A stretch of DNA of 46,057 nt, taken from a virus. The notes under the pieces were generated by a model, which did no database searches, was not told where the DNA came from, and was given only the letters and a program-made list of their open reading frames with translations. Location: IMG/VR virus record IMGVR_UViG_3300037311_000130; one strand, given 5' to 3'. The translations under genes were made by a program, and so were the position numbers. Of the stretch, positions 1 to 8,735 are shown piece by piece. The first letter of the stretch is position 1. The number at the start of each line of letters is the position of its first letter.

Positions 1-127
1 ACGCCGCCGCCTACGCCGACGCCGCCGCCGCCCGCGCCGCCGCCCGCGCCGCCGCCGCCGCCGACGCCGCCGCCGCCCGCGCCGCCGCCCGCGCCGGCGC
101 CCGCGCACAGCAAGCAGACATCGTGCG
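1..127. repeat. Terminal exact overlap: nt 1-127 are identical to nt 45931-46057 (circular closure or terminal redundancy)
   Basis: Direct comparison of both ends. All 127 nt match, including the unique tail gcgcacagcaagcagacatcgtgcg. An ORF continues in frame across the join. Confidence 0.95.
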
Positions 128-161
128 AAAGCACATGCCGACGCCACCGGAGTTGCCATGA
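1..161 (+). CDS. C-terminal part of the wrap-around gene that starts at 45537: Ala/Tyr/Asp-repeat protein
   Basis: The frame is set by TGA at 159-161 (codons start at nt 3). It reads ..AAAYADAAAARAAARAAAAADAAAARAAARAGARAQQADIVRKHMPTPPELP*. The stop overlaps the SNF2 ATG (ATGA at 158-161). It is missing from the ORF track only because it runs off the window end. Confidence 0.7.
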   Translation, partial: AAAYADAAAARAAARAAAAADAAAARAAARAGARAQQADIVRKHMPTPPELP

Positions 162-1996
162 CCTACTTGATCGGATGGCGCAGCGGGCGCTTTTGCATCG
201 ACGGCCCGCAAGCTGGCAAGCTACCGCACGTCGCCGACTGGTCGTGCTGGCAACGACAGCCGAGCGGCGCCTACGTCGCCGCCCCCTACGCCTCGAGCGT
301 CCTGCAGGTACGGCTCGACCTCCCCGGCCTCGACCTCCAATGGTCACCGCTGGCGGCGAGCAAGCGCGATGAGATCCTGCGCCACCTGCAGGACGCCAAG
401 CACGCGCTGGCCGGCGGCAGCCTGCCCCTTGAGTGGCCCACGCCGACCGACCGCAAGCCGCTGCCCCACCAGTGGCGCGCGATCCACGCCGCCAGGTCGA
501 TGGGCTGGCGAGTGCTCGTCGCCGACGACATGGGCTTGGGCAAGACCAGCGAGGCCCTGTGGATGGTCCACGACAGCGGCTCGAGGCGCCTGCTCGTCGT
601 GTGCCCGGTGAGCGTCAAGCTGAACTGGCAGGCCGAGATCGCCGTCACCCTCGGCCCGACGTGGCACACCGTGGTCGTCGACGGCACGCGCAAGCAGCGC
701 GCCGACCAGCTGGTCGACCTCGTGTCGCTCGACCAAGCCCTCGCCCTGGCCGACGCGAAGAACGCCAACAGCGGCGACCTGCGCGCCGCGTGCGTCATCA
801 ACTACGACCTGTTGCGGCACCTCGAGCCCGACCAGATGAAGGCGCTGCACACGTTCGCGACCAACGGGTTCGCCATCGGAGACGAGAGCCACTACTTGAA
901 GAGCCGGGACGCCGAGCGCACCGAGCTCGTGGCCGCGCTCTTCGGCAAGGCGAAGCACGTCGCCCTGCTGTCGGGAACGCCGGTGCGCGACACCGTCGAA
1001 GACCTGTTCAGCCAGCTCGACATCGCGCGGCCGGGCATGATCCGCAGCTACTCCGCGTTCGCCGATCGCTTCCTGGTCACCAAGGAAGTCGAGTTCGGCA
1101 AGCGCCGCGTGCGCAAGGTCGTCGGCTCCAAGAACGTCGACGAGCTCAACGCGCTCGTCAACACGGTGCAGATCCGCCGGCGCAAGGAAGAGGTGCTCGA
1201 CCTGCCGCCCAAGGTCCACACCTACCCGCTGCTGCAGCTGGACGACATGACCGGCCGCGTCTACGAGGCGATGAAGAAGTGGGCGAAGATCGAGCTCGAG
1301 AAGGTGCTGGCCCAGCCGGTCGATGAATCTGCCCCACCACTCACTATCTGGTCGCCGCGCGCCAAGTCTGCCGTCGAGGCAGCGATGCGCCTCGAGCAGA
1401 TCGCGCAGGGGTTCCTCGGCGGCATCCCCGAACCGCTGCTGGCGCAGATCACGCCGCTCTTGAAGCACGCCGAGCGCATCCCCGGCCGGCCCGGCGAGGT
1501 CATCTTCCCCACGGCGCCGAAGCTGCGATGGCTCGAGGAGACGGTCGAAAGCGTGCTGCTGCAGCAGGGCGCACCGATCATCTTCACGCGGTTCAACGCG
1601 CCGGCTGTGTGGCTGCAGCAACGCGGCTTCGACGGCGCACCGCCGGTCGGCTTCATGCACGGCGGCCTCACCGCGGAAGGCAAGAGCGACGTCGTCACCA
1701 AGTTCCAGAGCGGCCACCTGCGCGTGCTGCTGTGCCAGGTCAAGATCGCCGAGGGATGGAACGCAACGCGCTGCCAGGACGTGCTCTTCCTCGGTCGCGA
1801 CTGGTCACCAGCGATCAACCACCAAGCCGAGGACCGCGCACACCGCATGGGCCAACGCGGCACGGTCAACGTCCAGATCCCCGTCGTGCAAGGGACAATC
1901 GAAGAGATGGTCCACAAGCGCCTGCTCGCCAAGGATTGCGACGCGCAGAACGCTCTTGCCAGCCTGACGATCCTCGAGCTGATGGAGGCCCTGTGA
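158..1996 (+). CDS. SNF2-family (SF2) helicase/ATPase
   Basis: 612-aa ORF. Motifs read directly: I DDMGLGKT, II DESHYLKS, III LLSGTP, VI HRMGQRG. Third-position GC is high. Confidence 0.9.
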   Translation: MTYLIGWRSGRFCIDGPQAGKLPHVADWSCWQRQPSGAYVAAPYASSVLQVRLDLPGLDLQWSPLAASKRDEILRHLQDAKHALAGGSLPLEWPTPTDRKPLPHQWRAIHAARSMGWRVLVADDMGLGKTSEALWMVHDSGSRRLLVVCPVSVKLNWQAEIAVTLGPTWHTVVVDGTRKQRADQLVDLVSLDQALALADAKNANSGDLRAACVINYDLLRHLEPDQMKALHTFATNGFAIGDESHYLKSRDAERTELVAALFGKAKHVALLSGTPVRDTVEDLFSQLDIARPGMIRSYSAFADRFLVTKEVEFGKRRVRKVVGSKNVDELNALVNTVQIRRRKEEVLDLPPKVHTYPLLQLDDMTGRVYEAMKKWAKIELEKVLAQPVDESAPPLTIWSPRAKSAVEAAMRLEQIAQGFLGGIPEPLLAQITPLLKHAERIPGRPGEVIFPTAPKLRWLEETVESVLLQQGAPIIFTRFNAPAVWLQQRGFDGAPPVGFMHGGLTAEGKSDVVTKFQSGHLRVLLCQVKIAEGWNATRCQDVLFLGRDWSPAINHQAEDRAHRMGQRGTVNVQIPVVQGTIEEMVHKRLLAKDCDAQNALASLTILELMEAL

Positions 1997-2091
1997 TCGA
2001 GCTCTTCGTCGTCCTGGCGTGCCTTGCATTCGCCATCTACACGGTCGTCACCACGCTGTGCGACATCATCGAGAGTCGGAGGAAGCCATGA
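1993..2091 (+). CDS. Small single-pass membrane peptide (32 aa), hypothetical
   Basis: The GTG start overlaps the SNF2 stop (GTGA). Sequence VIELFVVLACLAFAIYTVVTTLCDIIESRRKP is one hydrophobic helix. Its TGA overlaps the next ATG. Confidence 0.5.
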   Translation: MIELFVVLACLAFAIYTVVTTLCDIIESRRKP

Positions 2092-2309
2092 GCAAGCGTC
2101 AGATCGTGATGGTCACCGTCGACTATCGCATCACCATCATCGACGGCCACTGGACCACCAGGGTCGAGAAGAAGGACGGCAAGGATGCAATGGGCGTGCT
2201 GCGGTGGAGCGAGGTGAAGCCAGAGGAATACCAATCCGTGTTCTTCGACTTCGCTGGCGACGTCGCTGTCAACCTGCTGCAGAGGAAGCGTCGGAGGAAC
2301 CGCAAGTGA
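2088..2309 (+). CDS. Hypothetical protein (73 aa)
   Basis: The ATG is preceded by GGAGGAAG. Protein starts MSKRQIVMVTVDYRITIIDGHW. It has coding-like GC3 and is stop/start-coupled on both sides. Confidence 0.75.
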   Translation: MSKRQIVMVTVDYRITIIDGHWTTRVEKKDGKDAMGVLRWSEVKPEEYQSVFFDFAGDVAVNLLQRKRRRNRK

Positions 2310-2629
2310 ACGAGCAACAGATCCAAGAGATCGGCGCCCTGGCGCGCATCCTCGCCCGTGACGTGAAGAACGGCATCGGCATGCAGGTGCTCAGTGGCGG
2401 CAACGACGCGACTGCGATCGTGCTGATCCACCTGAACCCGCCAGGCCCGGCGCGCGCCATGGCCAAGAGCGCCGTCGCACACCTGACCGAGCTCGCCCAG
2501 AAGGCGGCCAGCATGTGCGGCAAGGACACCATTGTCTTCGAGCTGCAGAAGAACAGCAAAGAGGTCTGCGGCCAAGTCGCCGAAGAGATGGCGCGAGACA
2601 GCCAGAAGCCGAAGCCCAGCACAAACTAA
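2306..2629 (+). CDS. Hypothetical protein (107 aa)
   Basis: The GTG start overlaps the upstream TGA (GTGA), with GGAGGA 8 nt upstream. Protein starts VNEQQIQEIGALARILARDVK. Confidence 0.7.
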   Translation: MNEQQIQEIGALARILARDVKNGIGMQVLSGGNDATAIVLIHLNPPGPARAMAKSAVAHLTELAQKAASMCGKDTIVFELQKNSKEVCGQVAEEMARDSQKPKPSTN

Positions 2630-2699
2630 CCGTGGGCCTCACCCTCCGACGGCACGTCGCCGACGGAGGAAGGGCCCGTCCTGTCAGTGGAGTAGTCCC

Positions 2700-3101
2700 A
2701 TGATCCGCAGCCTGATCGCAGCCCTGTTCCTCTGCGTCGCCCTGTTGGCGCAGAACCCCCTCGAGGCCGTGCAGAAGCACTACCCGGAGCTGTCGCTCCC
2801 GATCGTGTCGACCAGCGCGCTGCCGAATGGCTCGCTGTCGAACACCTACAGCAACGGCATGACTGCCGTGTTCTCGGTGGCGACCGATGGCTCGCCGGTG
2901 GTCACCTTCCTCGACCAGTCGCCGATGCCGCAAGACCCGGTGCAGATGCTGACCACGTCGTGGGTGGACGCGCAGGGCGTCACGCACACCGTGTCGACGC
3001 CGGTGATCTCGCAGACGCCAGCTGGCGTGACGCGCGCACGCGAGCAGCACGCTGACACCGTGAAGTGGCTGCAGGGCATCCACCCACCGAAGCCGGTCTG
3101 A
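2700..3101 (+). CDS. Secreted/periplasmic hypothetical protein (133 aa) with a signal-peptide-like N-terminus
   Basis: ATG at 2700 with GGAG upstream. The N-terminus MIRSLIAALFLCVALLAQNP is hydrophobic with an AQ-N cleavage-like site. Confidence 0.8.
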   Translation: MIRSLIAALFLCVALLAQNPLEAVQKHYPELSLPIVSTSALPNGSLSNTYSNGMTAVFSVATDGSPVVTFLDQSPMPQDPVQMLTTSWVDAQGVTHTVSTPVISQTPAGVTRAREQHADTVKWLQGIHPPKPV

Positions 3102-3118
3102 GCACACAGGGAGCCGGT

Positions 3119-3147
3119 GCGCGGCAACGCGCGGCAATAGCTTGACT
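3119..3147 (+). promoter_or_regulatory. Tandem 10-bp repeat (GCGCGGCAA at 3119 and 3129) followed by the -35-like hexamer TTGACT (3142-3147) and a CT-rich leader
   Basis: Read directly in the 90-bp gap before the 3192 ATG. I saw no clear -10 hexamer. Confidence 0.25.
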
Positions 3148-3191
3148 CTCCTTCTTCCCCTTTTCCCGAAGCTGCCGGCTCCCACTTTTCT

Positions 3192-3458
3192 ATGCCCATC
3201 GACAAAACCCCCTGGACCGACGACACCGTGATGCCGTGGGGTCCGCACAAGGGCACCAAGCTCGCGAAGCTGCCGGATGAACACGTCATCTGGCTGTCCG
3301 AACAACGCTGGATTCGCGACTGGCCAGGTCTGCTGACTTGGCTGCGCACCGCACCCGTTCAGCAGCGCATCTCCGCACATCGCGAGAAGCGCGCTGCTGA
3401 CCCCACTGTCCCTGACGCCTACCGCACGTTCGACGACTACTTGAAGGATTGGAGATGA
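3192..3458 (+). CDS. DUF3820-like protein (88 aa)
   Basis: MPWGPHKGTKLAKLPDEHVIWL resembles the remembered DUF3820 core (MPFGKYKG..L.dlP..Yl.W). This was not searched. Confidence 0.75.
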   Translation: MPIDKTPWTDDTVMPWGPHKGTKLAKLPDEHVIWLSEQRWIRDWPGLLTWLRTAPVQQRISAHREKRAADPTVPDAYRTFDDYLKDWR

Positions 3459-3727
3459 GCAACACACTGGACAACCTCTGCATTCACGTCAAGATCGAGG
3501 TCAAGCAGGAGAAGGGATGGCCGAGCGACCACCCTGTTCTCGCGCGCTCGATCATCGAAGACATGTGCTCGATCGGCGACGTGTCGCACGTCGAAACGCA
3601 TGTTCACAAGGCCGTCGTGGCTGCAACAGATCGCGTCCGCGCGCAGCTCGCGACGACGATCGCCGTCAAGCGCGCCGAAGAGCAGCAGCGCATCGCGCTG
3701 ACGACGCCGAAGGCCGTCGATGGCTGA
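3455..3727 (+). CDS. Hypothetical protein (90 aa)
   Basis: The ATG overlaps the upstream TGA (ATGA at 3455-3458). Protein starts MSNTLDNLCIHVKIEVKQEKGW. Confidence 0.7.
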   Translation: MSNTLDNLCIHVKIEVKQEKGWPSDHPVLARSIIEDMCSIGDVSHVETHVHKAVVAATDRVRAQLATTIAVKRAEEQQRIALTTPKAVDG

Positions 3728-3893
3728 CGTCCGCTGCGCGCTGTGCAAGTACACCGGCGTCGAGTGCCCGCTCGGCTACTTCGGCGGCCTCTGCACCTGC
3801 GACGTCTGTGGCCACCGATTCGCCTTGGCCGCGCCGCTGTGCGCGCCACCCGTCACCTGCCCGCAATGCAATGGCACCGTCACCTACGAATGA
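3720..3893 (+). CDS. Cys-rich zinc-ribbon-like mini-protein (57 aa)
   Basis: It is below the ORF-track length cut-off. Sequence MADVRCALCKYTGVECPLGYFGGLCTCDVCGHRFALAAPLCAPPVTCPQCNGTVTYE* has CxxC, CxC, CxxC and CxxC pairs. GC3 is high. Confidence 0.6.
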   Translation: MADVRCALCKYTGVECPLGYFGGLCTCDVCGHRFALAAPLCAPPVTCPQCNGTVTYE

Positions 3894-4053
3894 GCCAGGC
3901 CCTGCCGAAGCCGCCTTCCTGGCTTGGTGGCTAGAGGACATCGAGCGCGCGAAATGCACGCTCGCACAGGCACTCGGCGCCTACTGCTCGTCCTTCCCCG
4001 GCCGCGCCCTTCCCCTTCTGCATGAGCTGCTGAAACACAACGAACCGACATGA
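3871..4053 (+). CDS. Hypothetical protein (60 aa)
   Basis: ATG at 3871, MAPSPTNEPGPAEAAFLAWWLEDIERAKC. Its TGA overlaps the next ATG (ATGA at 4050-4053). It overlaps the previous gene by 23 nt. Confidence 0.5.
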   Translation: MAPSPTNEPGPAEAAFLAWWLEDIERAKCTLAQALGAYCSSFPGRALPLLHELLKHNEPT

Positions 4054-4493
4054 GCACCATCCTCAACAACCAAGTCACCAACTACTACCAAGCACGCCTC
4101 GAGTACGAGAAGGCGAAGCGCGAGAGCAATCGCCTCGAAGAGCTGTGGCGCGCGGAGGAGCAGAAGCTCATCGACGCCATGCTCGACGCCAACGTGAAGA
4201 GTGTCACGCTCGCCGATGGCAGCAAGCCGTCGCTGACGCGCAGCTGCAAGGTGAAGTGCACCAAGGACAACGCGACCGCCGTGCGCTCCTGGCTGTGCGA
4301 GACCGTCGGCAGCGACGACGACTTCATCGAGACGCTGCCGAACCGCTTCAAGGTCGCCGCCTACGTGAAGAAGCAGATCGAGAACGGCGCCGACGAAGCT
4401 ACTTTCCCACCCTTCCTCGAGGTCAGCACGCGACCGTCCATCCGGGTGTACGGGTGGAAGAACGCGGCTGGCGAGGTCCAAAACGACGAGTGA
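4050..4493 (+). CDS. Hypothetical protein (147 aa) with an N-terminal coiled-coil-like segment
   Basis: YYQARLEYEKAKRESNRLEELWRAEEQKLIDAML has a heptad-like charged pattern. No catalytic motif was recognised. Confidence 0.75.
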   Translation: MSTILNNQVTNYYQARLEYEKAKRESNRLEELWRAEEQKLIDAMLDANVKSVTLADGSKPSLTRSCKVKCTKDNATAVRSWLCETVGSDDDFIETLPNRFKVAAYVKKQIENGADEATFPPFLEVSTRPSIRVYGWKNAAGEVQNDE

Positions 4494-4498
4494 ACAAG

Positions 4499-5323
4499 AT
4501 GACCGAGAACCCTCCAGTGCCGGCGACGCCGGCAGTCCCCGCCCTGTGGCAACCAAAGCCATTCACCGGCAGCGACCTGCTGCCGCTCGACCTCGCCGGC
4601 CAGGGCGACCGCACCGGCCAGGAGAACATCAAGGCCGAGGACATCGTGCTGCCCACCCTGCAGTTGCTGCAGGGCATGAGCGACCCGTGCACCCGCGGAG
4701 AGGAAGGCGCCAAGCCTGGCGTCTTCTGGCACAACGGCGCCAACGTCGCGCTGCCGGGCCCGCTGCGCGTGCTGGCCGTCGCGCACACGCGCGGCCGTGC
4801 CCTGCTGCCGAAGGCGAACAACGCGCGCTTCTCCGGCCTCGAGATGTGCGTCTCTCGCGACATGATCGAAGGCAGCAAGTACGGCAGCTGCGACTCTTGC
4901 GCCCACAAGGAGTGGGGGGCGAACCGCGAGACACCGCTATGCACTGAGTCTCACGGCTTCGTCGTGATGACGAAGTTCGGCCCTGCGCTTCTGCGCATTG
5001 CACTGAGCAACAAGCAGAACCGCACGACGGCGCGCAACCTGCTGACCACCTGGAACTTCTCGAGGAAGACGCTGTGGTCGCACCCGCTGCAGATCGCGAG
5101 CCGCCAGGAGAGCAAGGACATGGGCCCCGGCCAGAAGCCGGCGATCTTCTACTCGCTCGACTTGAAGTGGCTGCAGGGCGAGGATGTTCCTCCCGCCGTG
5201 CAAGTCGCCGCGCGGGAGATCCACGACCAGATCAGCCGTGCCAACGAAGCGGGCAAGCTCGAAGCAGATGACGAGGTGGCCAACGGGCCCGCGCCTGCCG
5301 ACCTCGGCGACATGCCGTTCTGA
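4499..5323 (+). CDS. Hypothetical protein (274 aa) with a Cys cluster; a DNA-metabolism role is suggested by position only
   Basis: ATG at 4499. Contains GSCDSCAHKEWGANRETPLC (CxxC...C). It sits between the coiled-coil protein and the primase-helicase. Confidence 0.75.
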   Translation: MTENPPVPATPAVPALWQPKPFTGSDLLPLDLAGQGDRTGQENIKAEDIVLPTLQLLQGMSDPCTRGEEGAKPGVFWHNGANVALPGPLRVLAVAHTRGRALLPKANNARFSGLEMCVSRDMIEGSKYGSCDSCAHKEWGANRETPLCTESHGFVVMTKFGPALLRIALSNKQNRTTARNLLTTWNFSRKTLWSHPLQIASRQESKDMGPGQKPAIFYSLDLKWLQGEDVPPAVQVAAREIHDQISRANEAGKLEADDEVANGPAPADLGDMPF

Positions 5324-5345
5324 TCGGTCGCTCACCAAGAAAGAA

Positions 5346-5380
5346 GGGCCCGCCAGCGCGAACACGCTGACGGGCCCTTT
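5346..5380 (+). terminator. GC-rich hairpin (GGGCCCG..CAGCG-cgaaca-CGCTG..CGGGCCC) followed by TTT
   Basis: Complementary arms were read directly in the 72-bp gap between 5323 and 5396. The U-tract is short, so this may be an attenuator or a processing site. Confidence 0.45.
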
Positions 5381-5395
5381 GCATGAGCACACACG

Positions 5396-8300
5396 ATGGA
5401 CAACGTCTTCTCTCGGGTCAAAGAAGCCGTCGCGCCGAACGCGAAGGCTATCCTTGCACGCTACGGTATCAAGCACGCGCGCAGCGAGAAGGAGCTCACC
5501 GCGCAGTGGACAACAGGCTTCCTCTGCCCGTTCTGTGCTGACCAGGGCGGCTCGGCGTCACTGACGCCGCAGCTCTACCTCAAGTGCCACCAGTGCGACA
5601 CGAAGCTCGACGTGTTCGACTGGGTGGCCAAGGTCGCCCACGTCACGCCATGGGAAGCGTGCAAGCAGCTGGCCGACCTGTGCTCGGTGCCGTGGAACGA
5701 CCACAGCAAGACCTCGCGGAAGGTCGTCAGCGGCCGGCACATGCCGACCCGCATGATGGAGGACACGCTGCAGGTGGCTGTCCACGACCTGTGGGAGCAC
5801 GCTGACGCTGCGCCGGCGAGGAAGATCCTCGAGGACCGCGGCCTCGCCGATCCGCGCGTGCTGACCGCCGCCGGCGTCGGCTGGATCAAGGGCTGGATCG
5901 TCTTCGCACGCCGCGACGAGTCGGGCCGGCTCGACGAACGCTACCGTGGCTGGTCGCCCAACGACCCGAAGATCAAGTGGCGGTGGTTCGGCGAAGGCAC
6001 CGGCGGCCCCGGCATCTGGCCAGGCACGCCAGCGCCGGAGAACTACAAGATCCTGTTCTGCGAGGGCGAGAGCGACACGCTGACCGCCATCATCGGCATG
6101 CGCGCGGCCGAGCTCGGCTACCACGTCGCGACGTGGACCGCCGGCGCCACCAGCTGCCCACCAGCGTCGGCGATCCCGCGCAGCTGGCACGGCCGCGAAA
6201 TCCACATCGCCTACGACAACGACGTCTTCCAAGGGCCCAACTACAACGACTACGTCGTCGTCACGAAGCCTGGCAAGAACCCGTCGCAGGCGCGCGACGC
6301 AGCGCGGCAGCGCCTGCGCATGCTCCTCGAGAAGATCGCGCCCCTGTTCAGCACGCTCGGCTGCAAGGTCGTGATCCGCCAGTGCCCGGTGCCGCCAGGC
6401 GAGAACTACGGCGGCGACCTGCGCGACTGGTGGAAGGCGGGCGGCCGAGACTTCGAGGCCGACTGGAAGGCGTTCCCCTTCCACACGCTCCCGACGCTCG
6501 CCTCGACCATCACCGACGTCGCGTTCGACGACGTGTTCAGCACGCTCGGCGTCCCGATCCGCACCACCATGCAGGTCGACGCCATCGGCAGCGACGACGT
6601 CAACATCCCGCGCCTCGTGCGCATGGAGTGCGACCTCGGCCAGCACCAAGCGTGCGCCAGCTGCCCCGGCTACCGCCGCTTCCCCGACGGCATCATCGAC
6701 ATGGAGGAGTTCCAGCGCGAACGCGCTGTCGCCGTCCAGTCCGAGTTCCCCAACGAGTTCATCGCGCGCCACGTCGTGCAGCGTCCGCGCAGCTGCCCGC
6801 GCCTCGAGATCGTCACGATCAAGAACGACACCGGCAGCGAATGGGCCGGCGCGCGGCCGTCGAACACCGAAGGCACCGCGACCCGCACGATGCGCGTCGT
6901 CAGCGAAGTGCCGCCGTCGCTGTCCGGCGACGTGCAGGTGACCGGCACGGTCTACACCGACGTCAGCGGCAAGCGTTCGATCCTCTACGCGAACCACGTC
7001 GAGTCGCTCGACGCCGTCGACGTCGACCTGACCGCACACCACCACGACTTCATCCAGAACGCGGCGCCCTTCGCGAACACCGTGAAGGAGATCGACGACT
7101 ACCTCGACCGGCGCTGGCGCGACCTCGCCTACAACGTCACCCGCATCCACGGCCGCCGCGACGTGCAGGTGGCATCCGACCTGGTCGCGCACTCGGTGAT
7201 GCACTTCGTGATGGAGCGCAACAAGCACCGTGGCTGGCTCGACGTGTGCATCTACGGCGAGACGCGCAGCGGCAAGAGCCTCACCTTCCGTCGGATGTGG
7301 GCCCACCACCGGCTAGGGCAGGCGGTCACCGCGGTCAGCAACGTCAGCCGCCCCGGCCTCGTGATGGGTGGCTCGTCCGACGGCATGTGCAAGCCGGGCG
7401 CCTTCCCGCGCAACAACAGGAAGATGTTCCTGGTCGACGAGTTTCACTTCCTCGTGCAGAACGCATTGAAGGGCGGCGAGCACCCGATGACGTGGCTGCA
7501 GAGCGCGCGCGACGAAGGGAAGGTGTCGGGCGTGAAGATCTACGGCAGCCGCGAGCTGCCGGCCGCCGTGCGCTTCGTCACGATCGCGAACTGGATGCGC
7601 GGTCGCCGGCGCAGCTTCGAGTTCGCGTGCGAGCACGTCGGCGCGCTCTACGGGAGCCCGGAGACGCTCGCCCGCCTCGACTTCGCGGTCTGCGTCGGCC
7701 CGCACCCGACGCAGGACACGCTCGACAAGGCCGACCAGTTCTGGACCGCCGACCGCACGCGCTCGCTGATCCTGCGCGCGTGGGCCCAGGAGGAAGGGCA
7801 GGTCGAGATCGACGACGAAGCGCAGCGGTTCGCACGCGCGCAGTGCGATGCCTGGAAGGACGACTACGACAGCGAAACGCTGCCGCTCTACACGCCGCAA
7901 GAGAAGGCGATCAGCCTCATGCGCATCGCGGTCGCCGTGGCGAACATCTGCTACAGCCACCCGCCGGGCAAGCAGCACAGCGTGCATGTGCGCAAGGTCC
8001 ACGTCGAGTGGGCGGCGCAGTGGATGGTCCACCTGTGGAGCGAGTCGGGCTACGACCAGTACAGCCGCCGGCGCACGACGGCGCACGTCATCAGCGACCC
8101 GATCGCCGCCGAGGCCGCGATCCTGGTCGGCTCGTGCAGCGCGCAGGCCGACGTCGCCGAGGTCTTCCTGCAGTCGATCCTCGAGCCGTTCAGCATGTCC
8201 GACGTGCCGACAATGATCGGCTCGGATCAGCTGGGCGCTGCGAAGTGGGTCACCAGGCTGCTGCAGCACCGCATCATCGAGCGGCAGCGCGAAGGCATGA

Positions 8301-8518
8301 CCGCCTACGGCGTGCGCTACATCGTGACGCGAGGCGGTGCGCTGATGATCGGCAACATGCTGGCGCTGGCGCGCGAGAAGCCAGAGGAGTGGAAGGCCCG
8401 CTACAACGCGCTGGTCATCTCGCCAGGCGGTGGCCTGCCACGCCATCTCGTTCCAATGACCGCAGCACGATGGGAGATCCTCGATGACGACCACCCTGAC
8501 CGACAAGCGGTGTCGTAG
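5396..8518 (+). CDS. DNA primase-helicase: Zn-finger + Toprim primase fused to an MCM-like AAA+ helicase (1040 aa)
   Basis: CPFC..x..CHQC zinc-finger-like. Toprim FCEGESD (about 6056) and IAYDNDV. Walker A GETRSGKS (about 7255). Walker B FLVDEFH (about 7427). SARDEGKVSGVKIYGSRELPAAVRFVTIAN parallels the MCM sensor/finger block. Confidence 0.85.
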   Translation: MDNVFSRVKEAVAPNAKAILARYGIKHARSEKELTAQWTTGFLCPFCADQGGSASLTPQLYLKCHQCDTKLDVFDWVAKVAHVTPWEACKQLADLCSVPWNDHSKTSRKVVSGRHMPTRMMEDTLQVAVHDLWEHADAAPARKILEDRGLADPRVLTAAGVGWIKGWIVFARRDESGRLDERYRGWSPNDPKIKWRWFGEGTGGPGIWPGTPAPENYKILFCEGESDTLTAIIGMRAAELGYHVATWTAGATSCPPASAIPRSWHGREIHIAYDNDVFQGPNYNDYVVVTKPGKNPSQARDAARQRLRMLLEKIAPLFSTLGCKVVIRQCPVPPGENYGGDLRDWWKAGGRDFEADWKAFPFHTLPTLASTITDVAFDDVFSTLGVPIRTTMQVDAIGSDDVNIPRLVRMECDLGQHQACASCPGYRRFPDGIIDMEEFQRERAVAVQSEFPNEFIARHVVQRPRSCPRLEIVTIKNDTGSEWAGARPSNTEGTATRTMRVVSEVPPSLSGDVQVTGTVYTDVSGKRSILYANHVESLDAVDVDLTAHHHDFIQNAAPFANTVKEIDDYLDRRWRDLAYNVTRIHGRRDVQVASDLVAHSVMHFVMERNKHRGWLDVCIYGETRSGKSLTFRRMWAHHRLGQAVTAVSNVSRPGLVMGGSSDGMCKPGAFPRNNRKMFLVDEFHFLVQNALKGGEHPMTWLQSARDEGKVSGVKIYGSRELPAAVRFVTIANWMRGRRRSFEFACEHVGALYGSPETLARLDFAVCVGPHPTQDTLDKADQFWTADRTRSLILRAWAQEEGQVEIDDEAQRFARAQCDAWKDDYDSETLPLYTPQEKAISLMRIAVAVANICYSHPPGKQHSVHVRKVHVEWAAQWMVHLWSESGYDQYSRRRTTAHVISDPIAAEAAILVGSCSAQADVAEVFLQSILEPFSMSDVPTMIGSDQLGAAKWVTRLLQHRIIERQREGMTAYGVRYIVTRGGALMIGNMLALAREKPEEWKARYNALVISPGGGLPRHLVPMTAARWEILDDDHPDRQAVS

Positions 8519-8735
8519 CGCCTTCGGTCGCCTCAGCGACGAGATGTGCAAGACCTACGCGCGCGCGTTCCCACGGAAGGAAGCCCCGGATGCGTTCTGG
8601 TCGGAGCTGGCGGCCGTCGACGAAGCGGTCACGCGCAAGCTGGCGCAGCGGCCCATCACCGAGCTCGAGGTGCAGGCCGTCGTCGCCAACGCGATGACCA
8701 GGTTCCGCGAGCTCTGCAGCAAGCACCGGCGATGA
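8484..8735 (+). CDS. Hypothetical protein (83 aa)
   Basis: ATG at 8484. It overlaps the primase-helicase 3' end by 35 nt. Its TGA overlaps the next ATG. Confidence 0.6.
   Translation: MTTTLTDKRCRSAFGRLSDEMCKTYARAFPRKEAPDAFWSELAAVDEAVTRKLAQRPITELEVQAVVANAMTRFRELCSKHRR

Noticed and set aside
344-1717. 457-aa minus-strand ORF antisense to the SNF2 gene, plus several shorter ORFs in the same region.
   Set aside because: It is R/A/G/L/V-rich with no motifs and lies entirely inside a gene with clear helicase motifs. This is a typical high-GC shadow ORF.
5558-8551. Long ORFs 5558..7309(-), 5977..8487(+) and 7313..8551(-) overlapping the primase-helicase.
   Set aside because: Their composition is Arg/Ala/Pro/Gly-dominated, their GC3 pattern belongs to the 5396..8518 frame, and they have no recognisable domains.
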